DNA of 64,000 nucleotides from Thermoplasmata archaeon (GTDB lineage Archaea; Thermoplasmatota; Thermoplasmata; Lutacidiplasmatales; UBA184): NCBI GenBank assembly GCA_052326485.1, contig JBKQMS010000031.1, positions 110,094 to 174,093 of the forward strand, read 5' to 3'. Shown piece by piece: positions 45,222 to 55,071 of this stretch (position 1 is its first letter; each line of letters starts with the position of its first letter). The notes under the pieces were generated by a model. It saw only the letters and a program-made list of their open reading frames with translations, ran no database searches and was not told where the DNA came from. The position numbers and the translations under genes were made by a program.

Positions 45222-47870
45222 ATGGTGTTCGTCTATCTCTTCGAGGAGGCACGCGGACTGGACAAGTTCGCTCTCGGCGGCAAAGGGTTCGGGCTGGCCG
45301 AGATGACGTCGATCGGCCTCCCGGTCCCGCCGGGCCTGATCATCACGACCGAGGCGTGCAAGCAGTGCCTTCGCGCCGGGCAGGTCCCTAGCGGACTTCT
45401 CGGCGAGATCCGGTCGAAGCTCGCCGAGCTCGAGCGGAAGACCGGCAAGAGGCTCGGCGACCGGGACGCGCCGCTCCTCCTCTCGGTGCGCTCGGGAGGA
45501 CCGTTCTCGATGCCGGGGATGATGGACTCGATCCTGAACCTCGGCATGAACGACCGCGTGGCCGAACGGATGGCGACCCTGGCGAACGACCGCCGCTTCG
45601 CGATGGATGCGTACCGACGGCTCGTCCAGATGTACGGCAGGATCGTGCTGGGCGTTCCCGGTGAGGAGTTCGAGGCCCTATTGGACCAGCGGAAGAAGAA
45701 ACTAGGGGTCACCCAGGACCCGGAGATACCGACGCGGGAGATGGAGGAGGTCGTCCGAGCGTTCCAGGACCTGGTCCGGGAACGGACGGGCGAGCCGTTC
45801 CCCCAGGACCCCTGGCAGCAGCTCGAGGGGGCGGTCAACGCGGTCTTCCGCTCGTGGGAGAACCCGAGGGCCCAGGAATACCGCCGGTACTACAAGATCG
45901 CGGACGACCTCGGAACGGCCGTGAACATCCAGACGATGGTCTTCGGAAACATGGGAAAGACCTCGGGCTCCGGGGTCGGGTTCACGCGCAACCCCTCGAC
46001 GGGGGAGCGGAAGCTCTACGGGGAGTACCTCACGGACGCCCAGGGGGAGGACGTGGTGTCCGGGACGCGGACCCCGGTCCCGGTCCAGTCGATCGATAGC
46101 TCGTTGCGGGCGGCACTGGACGGGGTGGCCGAGAAGCTCGAGAGACATTTCCGGGACATGCAGGATTTCGAATTCACCGTAGAGAACGGGAAGTTGTTCA
46201 TGCTCCAGACCCGGAACGGCAAGAGGACCGCGCAGGCCGCCGTCCGGATCGCCTACGAGATGGCGAACGAGGGACTGATCTCGAGAGAGGACGCGGTGCG
46301 AAGGCTGGACCCGGGGGACGTGGACCACCTGTTGCACCGGACGATCGACCCCTCCGTTCCGGTCAAGATCGTCGCGAAGGGGTTGAACGCCTCCCCGGGC
46401 GCCGTGTCCGGGGCCGTCGTCCTGGACACCGCGGAGGCCACCGCGATGGGGGCCCGAGGGGAGAAGATCGTCCTCGTCCGGCCCGAGACGACGCCGGACG
46501 ACATCACCGGCATCATCGCCGCGCAGGGGGTCCTGACCGCCCGGGGCGGGATGACGTCTCACGCCGCGGTCGTCGCGCGGGGAATGGGGAAGCCCGCCGT
46601 GGTCGGTTGCGGCACCCTACGGATTCACGCCCCGGAGGGGTACTTCGAGATCGAGGGCGGAGGGGTCGTAAAGAAAGGGGACATGATCACGATCGACGGC
46701 ACGACCGGCTCGGTGATGCTCGGCGTGGTGCCCACGGTCGAGCCGCAGCTCACCCCCGATTTCGGGAAGATCCTCGAGTGGGCCGACAGCATGCGGCGGC
46801 TGGGAGTGTACGCCAATGCCGACACCCCCGAGGGGGCGGCCCGGGCCCGGGAGTTCGGCGCCGGGGGGATCGGCCTGTGCCGGACCGAGAGGATGTTCAA
46901 CGCGCCCGACCGACTGAAGATCATGCAGGAGATGATCCTCTCCGAGACCAACGAGGAGAGGAGCAACGCGCTACGGCGACTGGTCCCCTTCCAGCTGAAC
47001 GACTTCCTCGGGATCTTCCGGGAGATGAAGGGACTTCCGGTCGTGGTTCGGTTGCTGGACCTGCCGCTCCACGAATTCCTCCCCGAACGAGAGAAGGTGG
47101 TGGCCGAGATCGATGCCCTCTGGAAGCGCGGCGTGTGGCCGCCGGAGATCCATCGGTGGGAAAGGATGCTGGGCAAGCTCGGGCAGCTCACGGAGCACAA
47201 CCCGATGCTCGGTCACCGCGGCTGCCGGCTCGCGGTGACCTATCCGGTCATCTACGAGGTGCAGGTGGAGGCGATCCTCCGGGCCGCCGTGCAGGTGCGC
47301 CGAGAGGAGGGCGAAACGGCCCGCGTGAGCATCATGCTGCCCCTGGTGAGCGACAAGGAGGAGCTGATCCTCCTGAAGGGAGTGATCGACGCGGCCGCCC
47401 ACAAGACGTTCGAGGAGCTGGGCGAGACCCTCGAGTACAAGGTGGGGACGATGATCGAGACCCCGAGGGCCGCCCTGACCGCGGGGGAGATCGCCGTCTA
47501 CGCCGATTTCTTCTCCTTTGGAACGAACGACCTGACGCAGGCGACGTTCGCCTTCAGCCGGGACGATATGGAGGGGAAGTTCATGGCAAAGTACCTCGAG
47601 GCGAAGATCCTCCCCGAGAGCCCATTCGAGGTCCTGGACGCCAACGGCGTGGGGAAGCTCGTTGAGCTCGCCGTCACCGAGGGAAGGAAGACGAAACCGG
47701 GTCTCGAGATCGGGATCTGTGGCGAGCACGGCGGCGAGCCGCGGAGCATCGACTTCTTCCACCGCGTGGGCTTGAATTACGTCAGCTGCTCGGGGTTTCG
47801 GATCCCCGTCGCCCGGCTGGCGGCGGCCCAAGCGGCGCTCAGCGCGGGGAAAGGGCCCTCCTCGGTCTGA
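45222..47870 (+). CDS. ppdK: pyruvate, phosphate dikinase
   Basis: 882 aa with an ATP-grasp N-terminus, the phospho-His motif GGMTSHAAVVARG and a C-terminal PEP-utilising domain (GICGEHGG). Confidence 0.95.
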   Translation: MVFVYLFEEARGLDKFALGGKGFGLAEMTSIGLPVPPGLIITTEACKQCLRAGQVPSGLLGEIRSKLAELERKTGKRLGDRDAPLLLSVRSGGPFSMPGMMDSILNLGMNDRVAERMATLANDRRFAMDAYRRLVQMYGRIVLGVPGEEFEALLDQRKKKLGVTQDPEIPTREMEEVVRAFQDLVRERTGEPFPQDPWQQLEGAVNAVFRSWENPRAQEYRRYYKIADDLGTAVNIQTMVFGNMGKTSGSGVGFTRNPSTGERKLYGEYLTDAQGEDVVSGTRTPVPVQSIDSSLRAALDGVAEKLERHFRDMQDFEFTVENGKLFMLQTRNGKRTAQAAVRIAYEMANEGLISREDAVRRLDPGDVDHLLHRTIDPSVPVKIVAKGLNASPGAVSGAVVLDTAEATAMGARGEKIVLVRPETTPDDITGIIAAQGVLTARGGMTSHAAVVARGMGKPAVVGCGTLRIHAPEGYFEIEGGGVVKKGDMITIDGTTGSVMLGVVPTVEPQLTPDFGKILEWADSMRRLGVYANADTPEGAARAREFGAGGIGLCRTERMFNAPDRLKIMQEMILSETNEERSNALRRLVPFQLNDFLGIFREMKGLPVVVRLLDLPLHEFLPEREKVVAEIDALWKRGVWPPEIHRWERMLGKLGQLTEHNPMLGHRGCRLAVTYPVIYEVQVEAILRAAVQVRREEGETARVSIMLPLVSDKEELILLKGVIDAAAHKTFEELGETLEYKVGTMIETPRAALTAGEIAVYADFFSFGTNDLTQATFAFSRDDMEGKFMAKYLEAKILPESPFEVLDANGVGKLVELAVTEGRKTKPGLEIGICGEHGGEPRSIDFFHRVGLNYVSCSGFRIPVARLAAAQAALSAGKGPSSV

Positions 47871-48002
47871 CCCCGACCCGGGGATCCGCTAGCCTCGCTC
47901 GACCGAAGCTCTCCACGGGTCGGCTCTTCGCGCGCGGTCCCCAGAGAACTATCCGCCGCTGCGGCCCAGCCCCAACGGCTACCGCGGAATTCGGCGGCCG
48001 GC

Positions 48003-48533
48003 CTAGGCGCGCTGGACTTCCGCAAAGGTGTACCGATTGTTTCCGACGAACCCGACCACACTTCCTGCGATGATGCCGATCCCCTGTCCGATCAACGGGG
48101 GGAGGATGGTTCCAGTCACGAACAGCACGACCTCGTTGACCGAGAGCGAACCCACCGAGACGCCGAAATACAGGCCGAGCCGACGAGCCGGGGAGTGCTG
48201 GTGGTCCGCGTCGGTCCGGAACGTCCAGAGGCTGTTGAGGGCAAAGTTCCACAGGGTCGCTACGACGAACGCCACCGCGCTCGCCACGAAGTACAAGAGA
48301 GGATTCGCCGCCGTCTTGGAAGCATAGTGGAGGGCGCTCGAAAGGAAGTTCGATACGGGAGTGCCGGAGATGGCATCTATGGTGAGGACAAATGCGGCCA
48401 GGTTCACGACCACGCCGGTGAGCCCTACCACCACGAACTTGCCGTATCTCACGAGCCCCTGAGGCGGACCGGAGCCCTCCGTGGCGAGGTGTCCGGGAGA
48501 TTTGCCGCGGGCCGGGGGCTGCGGATCGGGCAT
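48003..48533 (-). CDS. GtrA-family membrane protein
   Basis: Contains KFVVVGLTGVVVNLAAF and four TM helices in the GtrA-like layout. Confidence 0.7.
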   Translation of the reverse strand: MPDPQPPARGKSPGHLATEGSGPPQGLVRYGKFVVVGLTGVVVNLAAFVLTIDAISGTPVSNFLSSALHYASKTAANPLLYFVASAVAFVVATLWNFALNSLWTFRTDADHQHSPARRLGLYFGVSVGSLSVNEVVLFVTGTILPPLIGQGIGIIAGSVVGFVGNNRYTFAEVQRA

Positions 48534-48926
48534 CGTCAGGTCAGCCCGCCTCTATGGACAGGGCGGGCGCGATCGGTGGCGGGGGTCGACGCCGGCGACA
48601 CTCATCAGAAAGACACCGGTACGGTCCACCTCAACGGTCGATATAGAGGGGACGGGAAGGTCGGAAGAGAGCCTTCAAGGGCCGTGGGTTTGCGCTCGCC
48701 GGGCTTCTTCGTCATCGACGGGTCTGGTGGCCCTGTCGTTCATGACCCGCGGTCCTGCCGGGAGAGCCGAGGCCTATGCCGTTCGGACCGGAGGAACCGA
48801 GAAGCCGGATGGAAGGGGCTCGCCACATCCGGAGCGGCCGACCTGGGCGCCCAGGAGCTGTCGAGAGCCGGATGAACGGAAGACTTATCGTGGCTATCGG
48901 GATGATTCGTTGCCTGAGGTGCATTC

Positions 48927-50318
48927 TTGGCGGGCGGACGGCTCGAGCAGCATCCTGAACGCGTCCGCGAGAAGGCCCTCCGGACGCTCGTGAAGGCCGG
49001 TTGCCGCCAGGATGAGCTGGACCTCATTGTCGCCTTCCTAGACCAAGGGTTCCGGACGGCTACCGAGCGGGCGAAGAAGCTGTCGGAGATCGCCGACTTC
49101 GTCACGTCCATCGGCGTCCCGGCGGCTCGTGACTATTTCCGGGCCATCGCAGAGACCCGGGCCGTCGGAGAGCTCACGGACGAGCGGGTCCTCGCGTTCG
49201 CCCGCAGCGTCGACCGCCACACCGCCGAATGGTACTTTTGGGCGATCTGGGGGACCAAGGCGGTCCACGAACTCACGAACGAGCGGGTTCTTCAGGCAGT
49301 GAAGTTCTTCCGGTCCATCGACAGCCCGGCGACCGTAGAGTATTTCTTGGCGATCCGGGAGACGAAGGCGGCTGCGGAGCTCACGAACGAGAAGGTCCTC
49401 GCGTTTGCCGAATCGATCGGCAGCGACGCCGCGGTGGAGTACTTCGGAGCGTTCTGGGAGACGAAAGCGGTGGCCGCGCTCACCAGCGAGAGGGTCCTCG
49501 CCTTCGCTCAATCCATCGGCGGCGACGCCGCCAAGGAGTACTTCCTGGCGATCCGAGAAACGAAGGCCGTGGCGGAGCTCACGGACGAGAAGGTCCTCAC
49601 GCTCACCCACTCCCTGGGCGGTCGCGTAGCAGGGGAGTACTTCCGGGCGGTCCGGGAAACGGGGTCCGCCTCGGAACTTACGGCCGAAGGGGTACTCCTC
49701 TTTGCCGAAACCATTGGGAAGGGCCCCGCCCGGGAGTACTTCCAGGTGATCCGAAGCACGAAGGCCGTCGCTGAGCTCACGGCCGAGAGCCTGCTCCGAA
49801 CCTCCGGGGTGATTCGAGAGATCGGCAGCGACGCGGCGTTAGATTACTTCCTGGCGGTAGCCACCACCAACGTTGTGCCTCCCCTGCCGGGGACCGCGGA
49901 GACTCCTAGCGCGCCGACGACCGAAACCACGGTACCCGTTCTCACCCTCCTCGACATCCCCACGTACGACCGCTACCGCCCCGTCGCACTGCTCGGCATG
50001 AGCGTTGTCTTCTGGGTCGGCGTCTGGCAGTCCGCGAACCTCGCCTCGTTCGCGTTCCAGACCCTCCTGAGCCTATCGCTGGTCCTCGGAGCCTGGGTCG
50101 GTCTGCTGTGCAGCGCCTACCTTCTGCTCGGGGTGATCGCCGAGCATTCCATCGTGGAGTTCCTACAGAGGCGCCGGCGCCTGCTCAACGAGCACGGCAT
50201 CCGTTGGCACGATTGCTTCGCGACCGAGCAACGCTGCGAGCTATGCTGGGGTACGGGTCACACGCACCAGGACCGCCAGTACGACTACGGAAGCTTCTGC
50301 CGCTGTCCCGCGTGCTAG
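48927..50318 (+). CDS. membrane protein with 8 tandem 33-aa helical repeats and C-terminal Cys cluster
   Basis: The repeat consensus is SIGxDAAxEYFLAIRETKAVAELTxEKVLAFAx. The conserved Tyr falls at residues 70, 103, 139, 172, 205, 238, 271 and 307. A Pro/Thr linker, 2-3 TM helices and CELCWGTGHTHQDRQYDYGSFCRCPAC follow. TTG start, with no in-frame ATG nearby. Confidence 0.7.
   Translation: MAGGRLEQHPERVREKALRTLVKAGCRQDELDLIVAFLDQGFRTATERAKKLSEIADFVTSIGVPAARDYFRAIAETRAVGELTDERVLAFARSVDRHTAEWYFWAIWGTKAVHELTNERVLQAVKFFRSIDSPATVEYFLAIRETKAAAELTNEKVLAFAESIGSDAAVEYFGAFWETKAVAALTSERVLAFAQSIGGDAAKEYFLAIRETKAVAELTDEKVLTLTHSLGGRVAGEYFRAVRETGSASELTAEGVLLFAETIGKGPAREYFQVIRSTKAVAELTAESLLRTSGVIREIGSDAALDYFLAVATTNVVPPLPGTAETPSAPTTETTVPVLTLLDIPTYDRYRPVALLGMSVVFWVGVWQSANLASFAFQTLLSLSLVLGAWVGLLCSAYLLLGVIAEHSIVEFLQRRRRLLNEHGIRWHDCFATEQRCELCWGTGHTHQDRQYDYGSFCRCPAC
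49080..49880 (+). repeat. in-frame tandem repeat, 99-nt period (two 108-nt units), 8 copies
   Basis: The periodicity is visible at the DNA level, for example the recurring gagctcacgSacgagVrggtcctcgcgttYgc and gagtacttc segments. Confidence 0.8.
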
Positions 50319-50417
50319 GGAGTTCCCTCTGGCCCTCCCGCCCCGCTGTATCGCTTCGGGCCGCTAAATTCAAGTGCTAATACCTCCCCCGGAGTCCCCG
50401 CGACCCGAGAAACGGCG

Positions 50418-51020
50418 ATGGACGACGCGTGCTACCTCTGCAGAAGGACGCAAGTCGATCTCGACCGGCTCAACGAGGAGATCCGCACCCGCGTGTATCT
50501 GTCGTACTTCAGCAACGCGCGGAGCCAGATCGACGAGCAGCGTCGGAAGATCACCTTCCTTCAGCGGCTCAAGGACGAGGAGAGCGGGGACCCGCACTTC
50601 CGGATCAACGCAAAGCAGGTCTTCGGCGACCCGATGGCCTACAAGAAACTGATGCCTTGGATCGACACGTTGATGGAGATCGCCCACGCGGAGCAGAAGA
50701 GCGTGGGAGAGACGAAGTCGATCGGCGAGCTGGTCGAGGAGCTTCTCACCGAGGAGCGCCGCCTAACCTCCAAACTGGAGGAGGGGTTGAACCAGGTCCG
50801 GGGGGGATTCGCCACTGGCGGTAAGTCCCCGCTATCCCTCGATACGGTGAGCCACTTCCTTCCCGTCGACTGGTCCGTCGATGCCTATTCCCTCAAGTGG
50901 CAGACCGGCCCAGGGGGCGACCGCGAACCCCTTCGGCGGCAGCCCGGAGATTCGAAGCCCACGGTCGAGGTCCAGCTCCACATCTGCACGATCTGCCAGA
51001 AGCTGACGTCGCGAGCGTAG
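50418..51020 (+). CDS. hypothetical protein with split CxxC...CxxC motifs
   Basis: 200 aa. It has an N-terminal CYLCRR, a central charged helical region and a C-terminal CTICQK. Confidence 0.5.
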   Translation: MDDACYLCRRTQVDLDRLNEEIRTRVYLSYFSNARSQIDEQRRKITFLQRLKDEESGDPHFRINAKQVFGDPMAYKKLMPWIDTLMEIAHAEQKSVGETKSIGELVEELLTEERRLTSKLEEGLNQVRGGFATGGKSPLSLDTVSHFLPVDWSVDAYSLKWQTGPGGDREPLRRQPGDSKPTVEVQLHICTICQKLTSRA

Positions 51021-51306
51021 CCATTCGCTCTTCCGGCCCCGGGGGTCGAGGGCGCCTCGGGCGTACGTGGTCGCCGGTGGCGCGAGAACCCGCCTTATCA
51101 TCAGTCGGAAAGGTGCGAACGACGGCGAAGATCCCGCGGGGAAGGTCGTCGATAGTCGGTCGGCAGGGCGTCGTCCGGTCGCTATCGACCGCGAGTTCGC
51201 CCTCGTAGCCCCCGCCGACGGCTCGCGCCGGCGCGAGGCAAATTCAGGCAACCTTCATAACCTGAGATTGTAAAACCCGCAACGCCCGCCGGCTGAGGAG
51301 AAGTGG

Positions 51307-52584
51307 ATGGTAGTAATCTGCATCCCGCCAACGAGTCTCGCACCAGGTATCGCCTGCGACTCCGGCGACATTGCCTGGGTCATCGCGGCTACCGCGCTGG
51401 TCATGATCATGACCCCGGGATTGGGGTTCTTCTACGGAGGCCTGGTCCGTAGGAAGAACCTCGTCTCGACCATCGTTCAGTGCATGGCCATCTTCGCCGT
51501 CGTGAGCTTGGCCTGGGCCATCTGGGGGTACACGCTGGCCTTCGGCGGTTCCTCGCTGGGAGGGTTCATCGGGAACTTCCAGTACTTCGCGTTGAACGGG
51601 GTGGGCTCCTCCGCCAATACAGCGTATTCCTCCACCATCCCGGCGCTCCTGTTCTTCGCTTTCCAGCTGAAGTTCGCGGCCATCACCCCAGCGTTGATCA
51701 TCGGCGCGTTCGCCGGGCGTATCCGCCTCAAGCCGCTGCTCATCTTCATCCTGGCCTGGGTGACGTTCATCTACTTCCCGGTGGCGCACTGGATCTGGGG
51801 CGTCGACGGCTGGATGAAGGTCATGGGGGTCGAGGACTTTGCCGGTGGGATGGTGGTTCACACTACCGCCGGCGTGAGCGCCCTAGCCGCCGCGCTCGTC
51901 ATCGGGCGGGGCGTGGACTTCGGAAGGGAGAGTCGCCCGAACAACGTCCCGTACGTCATCCTCGGAACCGCCATTCTATGGTTCGGCTGGTTCGGGTTCA
52001 ATGCCGGTAGCTCGCTGTCGGCCAACGACGTGGCCGTCAACGCCCTGGTGACCACGAACCTCGCCGCCGCGGCCGCCGGCGTGAGCTGGATGATCTTGGA
52101 TTGGGTCCGAAAGGGCAAACCCTCCGCCGTCGGAATGTGCGTGGGATTCGTCTGCGGTCTTGCCGCGGTGACTCCCGCCGCGGGTTTCGTGAGTCCCGCG
52201 CTGGCGATGGTGATCGGAGTGGTGGCCGGGGTCGGTTGCAACTTCGTGGCCAGTTGGAGGGCACGGACCAAGCTGGACGACTCTCTCGATGTGTTCGCCT
52301 GCCATGGTGTCGGCGGGATGTGGGGAACGGTCGCGACGGGGCTGTTCGCCTCGGTAGCGATCAACTCCGCCGGCCAGAACGGGCTCATCTATGGGAACGT
52401 CCACTTCGCGCTGCTCCAGATGTTCGCGGTGGCGGTCGTGGCGACCTTCGCGTTCTTCGGAACCTACGTCATCTTACGGGTGATCAACTTCTTCTCGCCG
52501 CTGCGAACCAGCGCCGAGGAGGAGAAGGCCGGCCTCGACGAGGTCCACTTCGGAGAGGAAGCGTACTACCCCGCCTCGGAGTAG
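51307..52584 (+). CDS. amt: ammonium transporter
   Basis: Contains MTPGLGFFYGGL, DFAGGMVVHTTAG and the twin-His region of the Amt/MEP/Rh family. Confidence 0.9.
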   Translation: MVVICIPPTSLAPGIACDSGDIAWVIAATALVMIMTPGLGFFYGGLVRRKNLVSTIVQCMAIFAVVSLAWAIWGYTLAFGGSSLGGFIGNFQYFALNGVGSSANTAYSSTIPALLFFAFQLKFAAITPALIIGAFAGRIRLKPLLIFILAWVTFIYFPVAHWIWGVDGWMKVMGVEDFAGGMVVHTTAGVSALAAALVIGRGVDFGRESRPNNVPYVILGTAILWFGWFGFNAGSSLSANDVAVNALVTTNLAAAAAGVSWMILDWVRKGKPSAVGMCVGFVCGLAAVTPAAGFVSPALAMVIGVVAGVGCNFVASWRARTKLDDSLDVFACHGVGGMWGTVATGLFASVAINSAGQNGLIYGNVHFALLQMFAVAVVATFAFFGTYVILRVINFFSPLRTSAEEEKAGLDEVHFGEEAYYPASE

Positions 52585-52842
52585 TGGAGCTCGAAGAAGG
52601 CCGCTTCCGCGGTTCCGGACCGCCATCGTGACCGCGAGCTAGCGTAACACCCGGCCCGGCCGAGTGCCCTTTCCTACCGGAGGTCCGGGCCGGGTGCCAC
52701 GAGCAGAGGGCACACTCCATCCCCCCTTCGCAAGGGCACCGCGCCGGACGATTCGCGACCGGGACGGGATTGGAGCTTCACCGGGCCCTTGCCAGCGTTC
52801 CGGTTCCGAGGGGGTTGGAGAGGTCCGGCGAGGAGCGAGGGC

Positions 52843-54063
52843 TTACACGCCGTGGACGAGCTCGCCGTGGAGCTCCATGTCGAGCCCGGCCAGCTCGACC
52901 TCCTTCGGTACCCGGACGTCCATGAGTCGGTCGATCCCGAGGAGGATAAGGTAGGTGACCGCGAAGGCGAACGCGGCGGCAAAGGCGACGGCGGCCAGCT
53001 CCTTCGCGAAGAACGTGGACCCGCCGAAGAACAGGCCGTTGGCTCCCCCCGAATTGATGCTGAGGGAGGCGAACACGCCGAGGAGCCCGATCCCGAGCAT
53101 CCCTCCCACGCCGTGGACGCCCCAGACGTCGAGCGCGTCGTCCCAGTGCCGGCGGTTCTTGAGCCCGATCGCCAGGTAGCAGACGATCCCGGCCGCTGCC
53201 CCAAATAGGATCGCGGCGGACGGCGAGACGTATCCGGCGGCCGGCGTGATGACGACCAGCCCGGCCAGGCCCCCCGTCAGGAACCCCACGAACTTCGGCT
53301 TCCCTTCGAAGGCCCAGTCCATTATCATCCAAACGAAGCTCGCGATCCCTCCGGCGATAGCGGTGTTGAGGAACGCCACCACCGCGACGCTGTTGACCGC
53401 GTAGGCGTTCCCGGCGTTGAAGCCGAACCACCCAAACCAGAGGATCGCCATCCCGATCCCCACCATGTGGAGGTTCTGCGGCTTGTCCCGGACGTACCGG
53501 CTCCCGAGGTACAGCACGCAGGCGAGCGCGCTCATCCCGGCGATCGTGTGGACCACGATGCCGCCTCCGAAGTCGAGGACACCCCACGCCTGGAGGAGGC
53601 CCCCGCCCCAGACCATGTGGGCGATGGGGTAGTAGACGAACAGCTGCCAGCAGACGAGGAACACGAGGTAGGCGCTGAACTTGACCCGACTCGTGAACGC
53701 CCCGGTGATGAGAGGGGGGGTGATGATGACGACCATCATCTCGTACGCGAAGAAGATGTAGAGAGGGATGCCGGAGCTGACCGGAGACGCGGTCGCGGAG
53801 GAGGTGTTCAGAAGGAACGCCTGGTTGAGGTTGCCGATGACCCCGTGGAAGTCCCCGCTGAAGCAGAGCGAATAGCCGACGGAGACCCACATGAGCGTCG
53901 TCACCCCTAGGGCGGCGAAGCTCTGCATCATGATCGAGATGGAGTTCTTCTGCCCGACCAGGCCCGCGTAGAAGAACGCGAGCCCGGGCGTCATGAACAT
54001 CACGAGGGCGGTCGCGATGATCATGAACAGCGTGTCAGTCCAGTTGAAGACCACGGAAACCAC
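52843..54063 (-). CDS. amt: ammonium transporter (second paralog)
   Basis: Contains MTPGLAFFYAGL and DFGGGIVVHTIAG. GTG start. Confidence 0.9.
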   Translation of the reverse strand: MVSVVFNWTDTLFMIIATALVMFMTPGLAFFYAGLVGQKNSISIMMQSFAALGVTTLMWVSVGYSLCFSGDFHGVIGNLNQAFLLNTSSATASPVSSGIPLYIFFAYEMMVVIITPPLITGAFTSRVKFSAYLVFLVCWQLFVYYPIAHMVWGGGLLQAWGVLDFGGGIVVHTIAGMSALACVLYLGSRYVRDKPQNLHMVGIGMAILWFGWFGFNAGNAYAVNSVAVVAFLNTAIAGGIASFVWMIMDWAFEGKPKFVGFLTGGLAGLVVITPAAGYVSPSAAILFGAAAGIVCYLAIGLKNRRHWDDALDVWGVHGVGGMLGIGLLGVFASLSINSGGANGLFFGGSTFFAKELAAVAFAAAFAFAVTYLILLGIDRLMDVRVPKEVELAGLDMELHGELVHGV

Positions 54064-54318
54064 CCTTTGGGACCGGACCTAGCGAGGACGCTCGTTCGTT
54101 CGGTGGCTACCCCCGGCCACGGAACGGGTTTTCACCAAATCGGGGGGTATTCATCTTTGTGTGTGGTCGGAATGACGAGGCGTCAGCGTGCCTCGCCCGG
54201 GCCGGATCACGCGGTCTGAGCCGGCACGGCCCATCCCGTGCTCTCGCAGATCGCCGGCGGCCGAAGAGGTGGAAGGACCTTCCCGGCGCGACGCTCCGAG
54301 CCGGGAGGAGGCGCGCGG

Positions 54319-55071
54319 TCAGAGCGCTACGGTCCCCCGGATCTGGGAAGTGCCGGACAACCCCAGCACCGCGATGCCGCGTCCGCTCCCCGCGAGCGAA
54401 AAGTTGGTGACCAGGATTAGCGCCGAGTCGTTTTCGACCTCGATGTCCGACGGACCGGGCGTCACCGCTGTCCATTGATGGCCTCCGGTGTAGGTGAGAA
54501 GATTCGTACCGTTCGGCGCCGCCAGCACGACGTACCACAAGGCCGTAGAGTCCGGGGGCGCGCCCGCGCAGACGTTCGTGGAGGTCACGTTCGCTACGGC
54601 GTTGGGATCCCCGATGGTGTCCCCGTCGAAGATCTCGTAGACCCGGACGCTGACGTCACCCGTACTGACCGGCTGGGTCGAGTTCGTCCATGGGACGCGT
54701 TCGGTGTAGGCTGTCCCGCCCGCGGTGCACGTCACCGGGCTCGCCCCGGAGGGGGTGCTGAGATTGACGACAATCTCGGGACCGAGAGGTGGAAACTGGT
54801 ACCGGGACGACGCGGAATACGGCCGCGCGGTCACGATCGTGTAGACGCCGAGGGCGATGATGACGACGACCAGGAACGTGCCGATGCGTTCTCTCTGGGC
54901 GCTCCGGCGCTTCGTCTGCTCCTCGCGGAACGAGCGGGCGCGTCCATCGAACGAACCGGGGGGGGCAGGGGTTCCGGCCCGGGACCGTTCGTTCGTGCCC
55001 TCGAGGTCCCGGGAAGGCGGTGGCCCGACGGGCGGGTCCGTAGAAACCGGAGGTCCGTTCGAATCGGTCAT
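54319..55071 (-). CDS. single-pass membrane protein with sequon-rich extracellular domain
   Basis: It has a Pro-rich N-terminus, one TM (IGTFLVVVIIALGVYTIV) and a ~170-aa Thr/Ser/Gly-rich domain with six NxS/T sequons. Its ATG overlaps the ABC ATPase stop (ATGA). The 360-aa track ORF is over-extended. Confidence 0.6.
   Translation of the reverse strand: MTDSNGPPVSTDPPVGPPPSRDLEGTNERSRAGTPAPPGSFDGRARSFREEQTKRRSAQRERIGTFLVVVIIALGVYTIVTARPYSASSRYQFPPLGPEIVVNLSTPSGASPVTCTAGGTAYTERVPWTNSTQPVSTGDVSVRVYEIFDGDTIGDPNAVANVTSTNVCAGAPPDSTALWYVVLAAPNGTNLLTYTGGHQWTAVTPGPSDIEVENDSALILVTNFSLAGSGRGIAVLGLSGTSQIRGTVAL

Noticed and set aside
49080-49880. The 99-nt periodic repeats, considered as a CRISPR-like or satellite array.
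   Set aside because: The period is a multiple of 3, the repeats are in frame within one ORF with an amphipathic-helix pattern, and there are no unique spacers. They are protein-coding tandem repeats.
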